Origin: Candidatus Dojkabacteria bacterium
Lineage (GTDB): Bacteria > Patescibacteriota > Dojkabacteria > SC72
Length of the DNA stretch: 64,000 nt
Assembly (NCBI GenBank): GCA_035370405.1
Contig: DAOOVT010000001.1
Span: forward strand, 485 to 64,484
Direction: 5' to 3'
In this document: in pieces, positions 9,597-19,853 of the stretch
How positions within the stretch are numbered: position 1 is the first letter of the stretch
Layout: each line of letters begins with the position of its first letter
The notes under the pieces: model-generated
What the model saw: the letters and a program-made list of their open reading frames with translations, nothing else
What the model was told of the DNA's origin: nothing
Database searches by the model: none
Position numbers and translations under genes: made by a program

Positions 9597-11507
9597 ATGA
9601 AATCAGTTTACAAGACAGTCACTACAGTCCTCATACTATTTTCTCTGATGATACATCCTTCTTTAGCATCTTCTAAAAAAGGAGACTTCATCATAGATAC
9701 AGATACTGAATTTTCATACACAACTGGAAATGACTATGTAACTGTAAAAACTGAGTATATTAGAGAAGTTCTAAACGAAAACTATTATCTACCTGCTCAA
9801 GGAGAAAGAATCTTCCATCTCCCAGATGCATCAGCAACATCTCAAGAAAAAGTAAATGAAGAAAGAGAATACAAACTCTCAACCCTTAAAGTTGTAAATG
9901 AACTTGGAACACCTTTGAAATATGAAGTAGAACAACTTAATATCGGAGAAGGAATCTACATTAAGGTTGGTAATTACCGAGACACTACTGTGAGTTCTCC
10001 ATACCATGTTACAGTGACATACAACACCCATGATTATGTCCTAAAGGCAGGAAATTACATAACCATAGTAGGAACATCTCTTCCAAAAGACATTAAATTT
10101 GAAGAGGTAGATGAGAACAATGGAACAACAACATATTACAACTATTATTTTAGAATAGTAACAGACAAAAATATTCCTCCGCTCAGCAAAATATTTCCCA
10201 AGTTTTCCAAATCAGAAAATAGCTCTCATGTATATTATGAATTTGCCCAAACTGACCGAATAGAAAATGCTCCTGTGCTAGAATTCGGAACAAATGCAAC
10301 ATACAAATTTGAACTTTCTTACACTACTCCCAAGACTGATAATATGACACCAACTGTGTATTCGGACATTTTCCAATCAGTATCTACTAATATATATGAG
10401 CTATCCCTTCCTAGAGAATTCTCTGAAACAAACCAACATGTTTACTTCGAGAATGTTTCCCCTCTTCCTAAAAGAATACATGTAGACAGTGAAGGAAACC
10501 TTTTAGCAACTTTCGAAGTACCAGCAAACAAAGAGAGTAATATAACAATAACAGGATATATCACTGTGCAGCAGAATGAATATGAAAAGCAAAATAACAA
10601 TGCTCTCTCAATAGAATTAACCGATTATTATTCTAAAATACAGCAATGGAGTACTTCAAATACCTATCTCAGACCCACAAAATTTTGGCAAAGTACTGAT
10701 CAATATATTGTACAAATTGCAAATTCTCTGCTTAAGGATCAAGCCACTTTACTCGATGTCATCAAAGCAGACTACAAGTTTGTGGGAGACACCTTAGAAT
10801 ATGACGATGAGAAAGCTAATTCTGATAACACAAGAATAGGTGCAGTTGCTGCCCTATCAGGTGGAAAATCAGTTTGTATGGAATACGCAGATTCGCTGAT
10901 TGCAATCCTAAGAGCACAAGGAATTCCTGCTAGAGCAGCACTAGGATACACCAATATTGTAGATCAAAGTGTTAAACAGATAAGGCACCAATGGGTTCAG
11001 ATATGGGTACCAGATTATGGATGGCTGTCAGTAGATCCAACATTTGAAAGCGAGAATATGAAAATAGGACCAATGATAGACAGAATACTCTGGGAAACAT
11101 TCAACGGAGATTCTCTTTCTAACATTATGATTTATTCTGCTGACAAGTTGCAAAATCTTAGTAATGAAGGCTTTTCATTAACAATATACTCTGCAGAAGA
11201 AACCTTCAATCCTGCCAACCTCATGACTTATACAGATTTACTAAAAGATCAACCAATAGAAAGTGCAGAGCAATACAGAGTATCCTACTGGTTAGACACT
11301 CTTCTAAAAGCCACTGTCCTAGGACGAGCCATACTCATCACAATACCAGTCATCATTTGTGTCTTAGTAGTTGTAATCATTATCACAATAATAAAAGAAA
11401 TTCGCAGAAAGATAAAAACAAAGAACATTAAAAGACAACTAACAAACAAAGACCAAAATGCAAACCTACTTAGGTATTCAGAAACTTCAGAAACTTCTAA
11501 AAAGTAA
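9597..11507 (+). CDS. Secreted, membrane-anchored transglutaminase-like protein
   Basis: Signal peptide, intact Cys-His-Asp triad (VCMEYA, HQWVQ, VDPT) and a C-terminal TM helix. Confidence 0.85.
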   Translation: MKSVYKTVTTVLILFSLMIHPSLASSKKGDFIIDTDTEFSYTTGNDYVTVKTEYIREVLNENYYLPAQGERIFHLPDASATSQEKVNEEREYKLSTLKVVNELGTPLKYEVEQLNIGEGIYIKVGNYRDTTVSSPYHVTVTYNTHDYVLKAGNYITIVGTSLPKDIKFEEVDENNGTTTYYNYYFRIVTDKNIPPLSKIFPKFSKSENSSHVYYEFAQTDRIENAPVLEFGTNATYKFELSYTTPKTDNMTPTVYSDIFQSVSTNIYELSLPREFSETNQHVYFENVSPLPKRIHVDSEGNLLATFEVPANKESNITITGYITVQQNEYEKQNNNALSIELTDYYSKIQQWSTSNTYLRPTKFWQSTDQYIVQIANSLLKDQATLLDVIKADYKFVGDTLEYDDEKANSDNTRIGAVAALSGGKSVCMEYADSLIAILRAQGIPARAALGYTNIVDQSVKQIRHQWVQIWVPDYGWLSVDPTFESENMKIGPMIDRILWETFNGDSLSNIMIYSADKLQNLSNEGFSLTIYSAEETFNPANLMTYTDLLKDQPIESAEQYRVSYWLDTLLKATVLGRAILITIPVIICVLVVVIIITIIKEIRRKIKTKNIKRQLTNKDQNANLLRYSETSETSKK

Positions 11508-13005
11508 ATAACCTATCTATATCTAAGAAGCCTCTTCCTGCTAAAAGACGATTTTCTGTTGTCGCACATAATGTAAGTAAGGGTTCCCCTTTCTTCACAC
11601 TCTCTCCAGGCATTTTTTCTATACGAATTCCAGCCTCCTTTATAATAGGACTCCCTAAAGCTCTAGCTATAGTAACAAGAGAAACATTGTCTATTCTCTT
11701 AATTACACCATCTCTATCTGAAAGAAGTGAATATCTTAACTTTCCACCATGAATATCTGTAGAAACAACCCTTTTAGTTGCTCCCTGAGCAAAAGCTATT
11801 TCCCAAAACTTCTCTAAAGCTCTCCCAGAATCTAGTATCTCCTCTGCCATCTCTTTCCCCTCCCCTATCCTTGCCTTCTTAGTATTCTCAAAAATTTTTC
11901 CAGCCATCTCCAATATTACTTTCTCAAGTTCAAGACTCCTATTCTCTGTCCTTTCCAAAAGCCTAAGTGCTTCCCTTATTTCAAGATTGGGCCCTATACT
12001 CCTTCCATCAGGACCTTTAATTGGTCTCTTAATAGTCTCACATTCTATTCCGAATTTCTTAAAAAGCTTTCTAAATTGTCTATCTAGCATATCCACATCA
12101 TCAGGGCTCTCAACTTTTGAACCCTTTCCATATGGAAGATCTATGAGAACATTTGTTATTCCCATACAAACCTTCTTTGCAACAATACTCACCAGAACTT
12201 TCTGAAACTCTTGTATACGCAAAGACCTTTCTACATTAATAATCACATCATCTGCAGGAGACAATTTCAAAGACCCTCCCCAAAACATGCATCCTCCAGT
12301 CTTCTTCACTACATCTAAAACCTTGTCCTTATCCAAAGCTACAGGCATAACTACCTCCAAAATATCTGTAGTCCCAGCTGGAGAAGTAATAGCTCTCGTT
12401 GAAGTATTAGGGACAATTAAGCCACCCTCCACTAGTATGGGAACTAATGTAGGAGTTATAGCCTTCCCTGCAACACCACCTATTGAATGCTTATCTGCAA
12501 CTAAATCCCCATTTCCCCTTATCCCTTTAAAAGACAAAGTATCTCCAGATTCCGCCATCCCTTTAGTCATCCAGTAAATCTCATCATCATTAAAACCCGG
12601 ATTAAAAAAAGTCGATATAAAAAAGGCAATCTCCGTCTCTCTTAACTGCCTAGTACCAATATCCTTCATTATTCCTTCCAATTCATTTTTTGTAAGTGTC
12701 TTACCCATCAACTTCTTACTAATTGCATTAAGAGATGGACTTGGTTCATGCACATCAACAAAAATACTAGTCCCCTCATCTAAATCGTATTCCTTCCAAA
12801 TCTCTTCAAACAATCCTATACACCCTTCTGGAACCTTAGAATCCGTCTCCATCACATCAGCATACAACTCTACTTCTCCAAACCCTATCATTATCGATTC
12901 CCCTTCTCTAAACCCTATCCTTTCCGCATCTTTTCTATTCAAAACAATATTAAAATCATTATCTTCTCCCAAATCTAGATTTTTACTTTTCAAGTAGCAT
13001 CCCAT
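11497..13005 (-). CDS. deoA: AMP phosphorylase (archaeal-type NMP phosphorylase)
   Basis: Extra N-terminal domain of about 85 aa, DKHSIGGVAG, TSTRAITSPAGTTD and SIVAKK; 502 aa long; next to the R15P isomerase. Confidence 0.9.
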   Translation of the reverse strand: MGCYLKSKNLDLGEDNDFNIVLNRKDAERIGFREGESIMIGFGEVELYADVMETDSKVPEGCIGLFEEIWKEYDLDEGTSIFVDVHEPSPSLNAISKKLMGKTLTKNELEGIMKDIGTRQLRETEIAFFISTFFNPGFNDDEIYWMTKGMAESGDTLSFKGIRGNGDLVADKHSIGGVAGKAITPTLVPILVEGGLIVPNTSTRAITSPAGTTDILEVVMPVALDKDKVLDVVKKTGGCMFWGGSLKLSPADDVIINVERSLRIQEFQKVLVSIVAKKVCMGITNVLIDLPYGKGSKVESPDDVDMLDRQFRKLFKKFGIECETIKRPIKGPDGRSIGPNLEIREALRLLERTENRSLELEKVILEMAGKIFENTKKARIGEGKEMAEEILDSGRALEKFWEIAFAQGATKRVVSTDIHGGKLRYSLLSDRDGVIKRIDNVSLVTIARALGSPIIKEAGIRIEKMPGESVKKGEPLLTLCATTENRLLAGRGFLDIDRLFTF

Positions 13006-13017
13006 TTATTTTATAGA

Positions 13018-13986
13018 TTAAATTAATTTATTAGAACTATTAACACTATCAAACATCCATGGATATTTAGCAAAAGCCTCCCGCTCCAAATCTTGAGGCT
13101 TTACTATTCCAGATTCAGTAACATATCCTGTAATCAATTCACTATCAACTATCTCAAAAGCAGGATTATACATCTCCAATTCAGCTGGAGCCTCACTCCA
13201 AAGTTCTCTGCTCTCTCTCACTTCTATTTTAGCAAACTTATCTGAACTCTTATCAAATTTAAGCATCGGAGAGACTACATACACTGGCTTATCTGCATAA
13301 TGGGCAGCCATGGCTATTCCCCAGCTACCAATCTTATTTATAGCATGCCCTCCCCTTGTTATTTGATCACACCCCAAAAATACAGCCTCTATTGGAACAT
13401 TACCTCTACCAATCACAAATGATTCTGCAGCACTATCTGCTATCATTGTCGTCTTAATCCTAGATTCAACAAGGCTTTTAGCTGTTTTCCTTCCTTGAAA
13501 CATTGGTCGTGTCTCTGTACAAACCACCTCAAATTTCTGATTCCCCTTTGCTAAAGACTTTATTAGTGAAACAGCGGTTGACGAATGACAATGTGTTAAA
13601 AGCTTATCAAAATGGGATAAATGTAATGTCCCAATACCAATCAAATCTCTTTTTGCCGTTTCAACCATGTCCAAATACTCATTACAAAGACTCTCAAGCT
13701 TTTGTTTCATAGTATCAACATATGGTAAAACAGAAAATTCCTTCTCAAAAGAATACTTAACAAATGTTACACCATTTCTAGCCAGTGGCTCATTCTCTCT
13801 GGTCTTAGCAAGCATATCCCCAACTTCAAAAAATTCATCTTTAAGCTTCTGTGAATCGTTTATCTCACTATTCTTCAGATACAACTTCATACCTTCGAAA
13901 CAAGCTATACACACATTAGTAGCCCCTTGTATGTTCAAATTTTTTATATCCTTTTGTATTTCTTCTATCTCGGCATATCTTTGCAT
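13018..13986 (-). CDS. Ribose-1,5-bisphosphate isomerase (eIF2B/MtnA fold)
   Basis: IQGATN, LTHCHS (catalytic Cys), ETRPMFQG, GCD, NKIGS and NPAFE; next to AMP phosphorylase. Confidence 0.85.
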   Translation of the reverse strand: MQRYAEIEEIQKDIKNLNIQGATNVCIACFEGMKLYLKNSEINDSQKLKDEFFEVGDMLAKTRENEPLARNGVTFVKYSFEKEFSVLPYVDTMKQKLESLCNEYLDMVETAKRDLIGIGTLHLSHFDKLLTHCHSSTAVSLIKSLAKGNQKFEVVCTETRPMFQGRKTAKSLVESRIKTTMIADSAAESFVIGRGNVPIEAVFLGCDQITRGGHAINKIGSWGIAMAAHYADKPVYVVSPMLKFDKSSDKFAKIEVRESRELWSEAPAELEMYNPAFEIVDSELITGYVTESGIVKPQDLEREAFAKYPWMFDSVNSSNKLI

Positions 13987-13995
13987 ATAATATTT

Positions 13996-15396
13996 TTACT
14001 CTAATCTAAATTCTTCCTGATAGTTTGGAATAGATATATCTATCTTAAACTCCTGCTTAATATTACTGGCAAAACTTTCTATGACATCTTCATCTCCATG
14101 AACCAAAAATATCTGTCTTGGAGAATGCCCAAACCCCCTCAGCCAATATCTCAAATCCCTTTGATCAGCATGCCCTGAAAATCCATTTAGAGTATATAGC
14201 TTCGCATTATTCTCCACCTCTGTTCCCATTATTCTCAAAATCTTCTCTCCATCAACAATTCTTCTTCCTAAAGTTCCTTTCACTTGGTATCCTACTATAA
14301 CCATACGAGTCTTTGGATCAGAAATATTATTCTTAATATGATGAACTATCCTTCCCCCATTGCACATTCCACTCCCAGCAATAATTGCTACGCCTTTCTT
14401 AGATATTAGTCTTTTCGATTCCTCCGCGGACTCTATTTTTATCAAACCTTCAAAATCAAATGGATCATCACCTTTCTTGAGAAGTCTTCTCGCATCCTCA
14501 TCATAGAAATCGGGATACCTTCTAAAAACTTCTGTCGCTTTGGACGCCATTGGACTATCGAGATAGACAGGCATTCCTGACAACAATCTATTTTCAAAAA
14601 ACAGGTTAATTTCGTACAGAACTTCCTGTGTCCTCTCTATAGCGAAGGAAGGTATAAGGACATTACCCCCTTCCTTTTGAGCCTCTTGCATTGCAGCAAG
14701 CAATTCTAAAACAGTTTCGTTTCTATCTTTATGCAATCTATTCCCATATGTAGATTCACAAATCACATAATCAGCCTCACGAATCATGTCCGTATCATTA
14801 ACTATTCTCGCTCCAGGCTGTCCTAGATCTCCAGAAAAAACCATCTTTCTTGTTCTTTCCGCCTCATTTTCTATCCAAAATTCAAATATTGATGAACCAA
14901 GAATATGGCCAGCATCTCTCATTCTAAACTCTAATTTTGGAGTTAGATTTACAGAATTTCCATATGGATACACTTCAAAGTACCTCATACATTCTTCCAC
15001 ATCTTGCTCTGTGAATAGCACTTTCTTCGTTGCTCCCTCCTCGCCTACTCCCTTACTCCTAGTCTCCCACCTCTTCATTTCCTCCTCCTGAAGATTGGCC
15101 GAATCTAAAAGAATTATTTTCGTTAAATCTCTCGTCGGCTGTGTACAAATTATCCTTCCTCTAAAACCTTGCTTAACAAGTTGTGGAATTCTACCAGAAT
15201 GATCAAAATGAGCATGTGTTAAGAACAAGAAATCTATATCTGCAGGATTAAACGGAAATGGATCATAGTTCATTTTTTCCAATTCCTCTCCTCCTTGAAA
15301 TGCTCCACAGTCAACAAGAAACTTAACCGAATCAGTTTGAACATAGAAGCATGACCCTGTTACAGTCTTTGTTGCTCCAAGAAATTGTATAGTCAT
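13996..15396 (-). CDS. MBL-fold beta-CASP ribonuclease-like hydrolase
   Basis: GATKTVTGS, THAHFDHSG, AGHILGS, ESTYG, AGSGMCNGGR, FSGHAD and LVHG. Confidence 0.9.
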   Translation of the reverse strand: MTIQFLGATKTVTGSCFYVQTDSVKFLVDCGAFQGGEELEKMNYDPFPFNPADIDFLFLTHAHFDHSGRIPQLVKQGFRGRIICTQPTRDLTKIILLDSANLQEEEMKRWETRSKGVGEEGATKKVLFTEQDVEECMRYFEVYPYGNSVNLTPKLEFRMRDAGHILGSSIFEFWIENEAERTRKMVFSGDLGQPGARIVNDTDMIREADYVICESTYGNRLHKDRNETVLELLAAMQEAQKEGGNVLIPSFAIERTQEVLYEINLFFENRLLSGMPVYLDSPMASKATEVFRRYPDFYDEDARRLLKKGDDPFDFEGLIKIESAEESKRLISKKGVAIIAGSGMCNGGRIVHHIKNNISDPKTRMVIVGYQVKGTLGRRIVDGEKILRIMGTEVENNAKLYTLNGFSGHADQRDLRYWLRGFGHSPRQIFLVHGDEDVIESFASNIKQEFKIDISIPNYQEEFRLE

Positions 15397-15450
15397 CTAG
15401 GCAGTAAATAAAATCTAAACTGATATATAATAGAGGATATCTTAATGTAA

Positions 15451-16887
15451 TTACAACTCTCCTCTATTTTTCTTCAAAGACAAGGCTTTTTTCACAAGCT
15501 CCTCTTTAGTATTGAGCATAGGATTATCTATAACCATATCTAGAAGTTCTCTAAGAATTAAACCCATTTCTGGACCTGTTTTTACTCCGATATTTGCTAA
15601 ATCATTCCCTGTTATCTTTAGATCGGTAACTTTCAGTGCCATATCTTTTTTCCTAACCTCAGATATCCTGTTTTGTAATTCTGTTATCTCCTCTGGACGG
15701 AAGTTAGAGCTTGAGTTTGAAATAGCATCTGCAAGTCTTAATTTGAAAAGATCTTCAATGTTTTCCTCCCCAACACGCTGTATAAACCTTCTTACTGCTG
15801 TATCACTCCACTCTTTTTCTCTAACTTTCTCTTTCTCCTCTTCTGACATATCTCCTTCTATGTGAGGATAATAGAACATATGGTTTAGTATCAATTTCTT
15901 AACCTTATTTATTTCATTTTGAGGGAATTTCATTCTTCTCATAATTTCTTCTGCCATTTTAGCTCCCATTAAGTCATGACCATAAAAATGTCCATTGTTC
16001 ATATCAGTTCGTGGTTTAGCTATATCATGCAGCAATGCAGCAAGTTTAACAGAATCATGAGCTACATCACATGTTTTAAGTGAATGCCAATACACATCAT
16101 CTGAATGATATAGTTTCTGTTGAACATTTATTCCCTCTAACAGTTCTGGCATGAACAAACTCAAAAGGCCTGTCTGTCTCATTAGCTCTATTCCTACCGA
16201 TGGTTTTGGTGAATTCAAAAGCATCTTCATAAACTCATCTCTAATTCTTTCCATAGAAACCATCGATGCTATAGGTAGAGATTGTTTAATTGCTTCAAAT
16301 GTTTCTTTCTCAATACTAAACCCATACTGAGATGCTAAGCGACAAGCCTTAAATGCTCTCAAACCATCTTCTTTAAATCTATCTATAGGTGTACCAACCG
16401 CCCTCACAAGCTTTTTTTGAATGTCTTCTATACCATTAAACGGATCATATATTTCGACCTCATATTTTTCCTTCCCACTCCCCAAATCAAGCAAACTTAA
16501 ATCAACAGCCATTGCATTAAATGTAAAATCCCTCCTTCCTAAATCTTTATCTATATCTTTCACAAATTTCACACTAGCAGGCCATCTACCATCGACATAA
16601 TCAGACTCACTCCTAAATGTTGTAACTTCAACTTCATGGGTTTCTCCAAACTCATCTTGTGCCAAAGCTATGACTGTACCAAATCGCACTCCAGTTGAAA
16701 CAGATTTAGGAAACAACTCTATCATCTCATCAGGCAGAGCATCAGTCGCTAAATCATAATCATGAGGATTTCCACCTATGACTATGTCTCTCAATGCCCC
16801 GCCAACCAAATAGCATTGATATCCATTATCTATTAACTTTTTAGCTGTGCTTTGCACATACTTTGGTATTGTTATTTCTATTTTCAT
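15451..16887 (-). CDS. cca: CCA tRNA nucleotidyltransferase with HD domain
   Basis: VGGALRD, DYDLATD, RRDFTFNA, EDGLR, ERIRDE and LLHDIAKP. Start uncertain (16887 or 16908). Confidence 0.9.
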   Translation of the reverse strand: MKIEITIPKYVQSTAKKLIDNGYQCYLVGGALRDIVIGGNPHDYDLATDALPDEMIELFPKSVSTGVRFGTVIALAQDEFGETHEVEVTTFRSESDYVDGRWPASVKFVKDIDKDLGRRDFTFNAMAVDLSLLDLGSGKEKYEVEIYDPFNGIEDIQKKLVRAVGTPIDRFKEDGLRAFKACRLASQYGFSIEKETFEAIKQSLPIASMVSMERIRDEFMKMLLNSPKPSVGIELMRQTGLLSLFMPELLEGINVQQKLYHSDDVYWHSLKTCDVAHDSVKLAALLHDIAKPRTDMNNGHFYGHDLMGAKMAEEIMRRMKFPQNEINKVKKLILNHMFYYPHIEGDMSEEEKEKVREKEWSDTAVRRFIQRVGEENIEDLFKLRLADAISNSSSNFRPEEITELQNRISEVRKKDMALKVTDLKITGNDLANIGVKTGPEMGLILRELLDMVIDNPMLNTKEELVKKALSLKKNRGEL

Positions 16888-18127
16888 AATTTTTCCTTTT
16901 TCTGACATAAGAATACCAAAGATACATATCAACAACAAGGAATATGATTAACTTTGTATTTTGTATAAATGTTTTTGGGAGAGAGAAATCCTCGGAATAT
17001 ACTCCAGATACCACCCCTTTTTCTTGCAAATCATTTTCTACAAGAAGATCCTCAAACATATAGTTCGGATTATTTTCAGGCATATTTGTAACATTATTAA
17101 TATCCTCACCGCTAGTTAAATCGACATACTCAATTGTATTTGAAGCCATGGTATACGGGATTATTGTTATACAGTAATTTCCTGTATTTGGATTCGTAAA
17201 TGCACCTCCTACAATCCCACCATCTAATCGGTAACTGAAAACAGGTACTGTATACAAACCTAATATCCTAAAATTCTCTTCTGCACCAACAGAGCATCTA
17301 GTAATACTATTTGGATTCTCTATGAAAATGTTTCCTAAATCGATTGCTCCTCCAGCATTTCTCACTGTACTATCTACCATATATTCTAATATTTTTTCTT
17401 CACCACCACTTAAGGTGAAATTTACAGAATAGTTCAGATGTCTTAGTACTAAATTTTCTAGTATATTGCTTGTATTATTCTTTACGGTTACTGCAATCTT
17501 AAAATTCTCTTCGCTTTTATCAACATGTATGTTTTCCATTTTCAAAGGATTTTTTACATACAACGAACCAATATTCATATTTCCTAATTCTCCATCCGCA
17601 ATTTTTGACACATCATCTATCTGAAGATATTTTCCATCTCTTACAAATGTTTGACCTGTCCTCAACATGCTTACACTCGTCTCCACGATATTCTCTTGTG
17701 TCTCAATTATCTCCGCTAAACCAAGATCCCCAGATAAATTAGAAGAAAGTGGTACTAAAATGTAGGAGAGATCAATTGCATGACCAGCACTGTTTTTATA
17801 CAAGTAGACTAAGTCTATTCTTGATTCTGGAGGAACAGATACTCTATCACCAATCCCTGGGATTGTTCTAGCACCATTAAAGTCAGTTACAGTATCAATA
17901 CTGTTAGAATCACGGAATGAAGAGGTGTCAACACCTATGATATTGTTTGTATCAAACTCAACTATCCTATTTATCTCAGATGATGGCAATGACCCTATTG
18001 TGTAAGCAACAGATTGATACAATCTATTTCCCGTATTATCTCCTGTATTATTAAACTCATCAGCTTGTACGATAGAAGGAAAAACTAGAAGAGCACCAAT
18101 CACCACCAGTATTTTTAAAAAATACAT
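16841..18127 (-). CDS. Secreted hypothetical protein with a possible LPxT sorting-like C-terminus
   Basis: Signal peptide (VQA-DE), beta-rich body, then LPKTF, a hydrophobic stretch and RKRK. Confidence 0.6.
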   Translation of the reverse strand: MYFLKILVVIGALLVFPSIVQADEFNNTGDNTGNRLYQSVAYTIGSLPSSEINRIVEFDTNNIIGVDTSSFRDSNSIDTVTDFNGARTIPGIGDRVSVPPESRIDLVYLYKNSAGHAIDLSYILVPLSSNLSGDLGLAEIIETQENIVETSVSMLRTGQTFVRDGKYLQIDDVSKIADGELGNMNIGSLYVKNPLKMENIHVDKSEENFKIAVTVKNNTSNILENLVLRHLNYSVNFTLSGGEEKILEYMVDSTVRNAGGAIDLGNIFIENPNSITRCSVGAEENFRILGLYTVPVFSYRLDGGIVGGAFTNPNTGNYCITIIPYTMASNTIEYVDLTSGEDINNVTNMPENNPNYMFEDLLVENDLQEKGVVSGVYSEDFSLPKTFIQNTKLIIFLVVDMYLWYSYVRKRKNYENRNNNTKVCAKHS

Positions 18128-18129
18128 AG

Positions 18130-18160
18130 ATATGTTCCTGATAATTTAGCAGGAACATAT
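18130..18160. terminator. Hairpin between the GT2 gene and the secreted-protein gene
   Basis: 11-bp inverted repeat ATATGTTCCTG/CAGGAACATAT, 2 nt upstream of the ATG at 18127. Confidence 0.4.
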
Positions 18161-18192
18161 TAATTTACTCACATTAAACTAAGATTAACTCT

Positions 18193-19824
18193 CTATGCTT
18201 TTTCCTTTATTCTAACCTTTTCGGTAACATAGAAATTCCTCTTGTACTTACCCAATCCTAGCATCATTTCTGTTACTGCTTGTACATATGGAATAAAGGA
18301 AAATGTAATCATATTTACAACTATCAAATATGTTTCTAAAAAATCCAGAACATATCTATACCATTTCCAACCTTTTGGAACAGGAGTTATTTTTCTCTTA
18401 AAAATCACTATTGCTATATTGGAAAGCATAATAATTGTGAAGACATAGCTAAGCATCTTTGGAAGATTATATGCGAACACTGTATATTGATAATCTTTAT
18501 TTAGTATCTGCATAATATTAAGACCAAAGGTAAGAACAAACACTACTGTTAGAAACCATAAATATTCAAGCATCATTTTCATCATAACTAACTTCCTTCT
18601 TGTTGGAAATTCATCTTTTTCTATAGATAGTTCTGCTAAAGTTATGGGATAGGTAATAATTCCCCAACCCCATCTGTACTGCTGTTTGTAAAAAGATACA
18701 TGAGACTTAACAAAATCTTCATTTTCAACAGCATCATTATATGTAGGAATGTACACAACCTCACTCTTGAATGTACCTTTACTTCGTGTCATAGAGTTCC
18801 AATAGAATGCAGTGTCATCATTTGGAATTTCGGGATCCCAAAATTCAATATCTTCTAATGTTTTTAGGTTGACAATGTATGAAGAAAAAGTTTCCTTTGA
18901 ACTTACCGTCTCCTTTGTAAAAGGTATTTTAAATGTCTGATCAAAAACCCATTGATGAAGCATTACAAGAGTAAGCATATTTGATTGATTTCTAATCAAT
19001 GGTGGAACATTCCATATGTTGTTATTAAATGTATGAACCGCAGAAGCATAGAATGTCATATTAGGATTCTCTGTAGTTAGATACTTATACATAACAGCAG
19101 ATAGATACTTCTCATGAGGTCTTAAATCAGAATCACATGTTATGAGCAGATATTTTGATATATCTTTACCTTCTTTTCTTAAATCCTCAACGAAGTGCCT
19201 AGAAGCCCAATTAATATTAGCACCCTTAACTCCTGATACCTCCCCTGGTATACCGCTTGGATGGATATAATAGTGCATACTCCCAAACTTCTTGCCATAC
19301 CTCTCTTTCAACTTCTTAAAATTCTCAATCTGAATATCCTGCTTTTTTTCTTCAATAGCCATAACAACATCAATCTTTTCTGCACCTATATCACTCTTTG
19401 ACCATGCTTTAAAAGAAGGATCCAGTATCTCTAAACTTTCAGAATATACTGGACATAAATACACAAACCGCATCTCTTTAAAAATCTTTTGCTTCTCTTT
19501 ACTTAATTTCTTTATTTCTGCTATCCAATCTGTTTCTAAATCCCTTTCCATCCGCTTAATTCCTATCCAGTCACCGATAACAAACTTCACTGTTCTAAAG
19601 AACCAGTACGCTACCAAGAAGGATATGTATATAACAAGAGCAGTATTAAGCTTAAATATTGCGAATATCACTGGAAGAAGCAAAAGAGTCCAAACATATA
19701 AACCTGGAAGTATTTCAAAAAACCTCCTTTTAGCATTCGACATTTGAACTGGGAATCCGCCATCTTTATCTTTTGGCTTATAGATATTGTCAGAATTAAC
19801 AACATTATCTTTTTTCATTTCCAT
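18193..19824 (-). CDS. Processive glycosyltransferase family 2
   Basis: TM helices at both ends, KGANIN, DSD, NDD and QQYRW (QxxRW). Start placed at the ATG 5 nt after TGATATACT. Confidence 0.85.
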   Translation of the reverse strand: MEMKKDNVVNSDNIYKPKDKDGGFPVQMSNAKRRFFEILPGLYVWTLLLLPVIFAIFKLNTALVIYISFLVAYWFFRTVKFVIGDWIGIKRMERDLETDWIAEIKKLSKEKQKIFKEMRFVYLCPVYSESLEILDPSFKAWSKSDIGAEKIDVVMAIEEKKQDIQIENFKKLKERYGKKFGSMHYYIHPSGIPGEVSGVKGANINWASRHFVEDLRKEGKDISKYLLITCDSDLRPHEKYLSAVMYKYLTTENPNMTFYASAVHTFNNNIWNVPPLIRNQSNMLTLVMLHQWVFDQTFKIPFTKETVSSKETFSSYIVNLKTLEDIEFWDPEIPNDDTAFYWNSMTRSKGTFKSEVVYIPTYNDAVENEDFVKSHVSFYKQQYRWGWGIITYPITLAELSIEKDEFPTRRKLVMMKMMLEYLWFLTVVFVLTFGLNIMQILNKDYQYTVFAYNLPKMLSYVFTIIMLSNIAIVIFKRKITPVPKGWKWYRYVLDFLETYLIVVNMITFSFIPYVQAVTEMMLGLGKYKRNFYVTEKVRIKEKA

Positions 19825-19853
19825 ACAGTAGTATATCACACATAAATTAGCAT

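Noticed and set aside
13018-13986. Annotation as MtnA or eIF2B
   Set aside because: The THCHS motif and adjacency to AMP phosphorylase favour R15P isomerase; no other methionine salvage genes are present.
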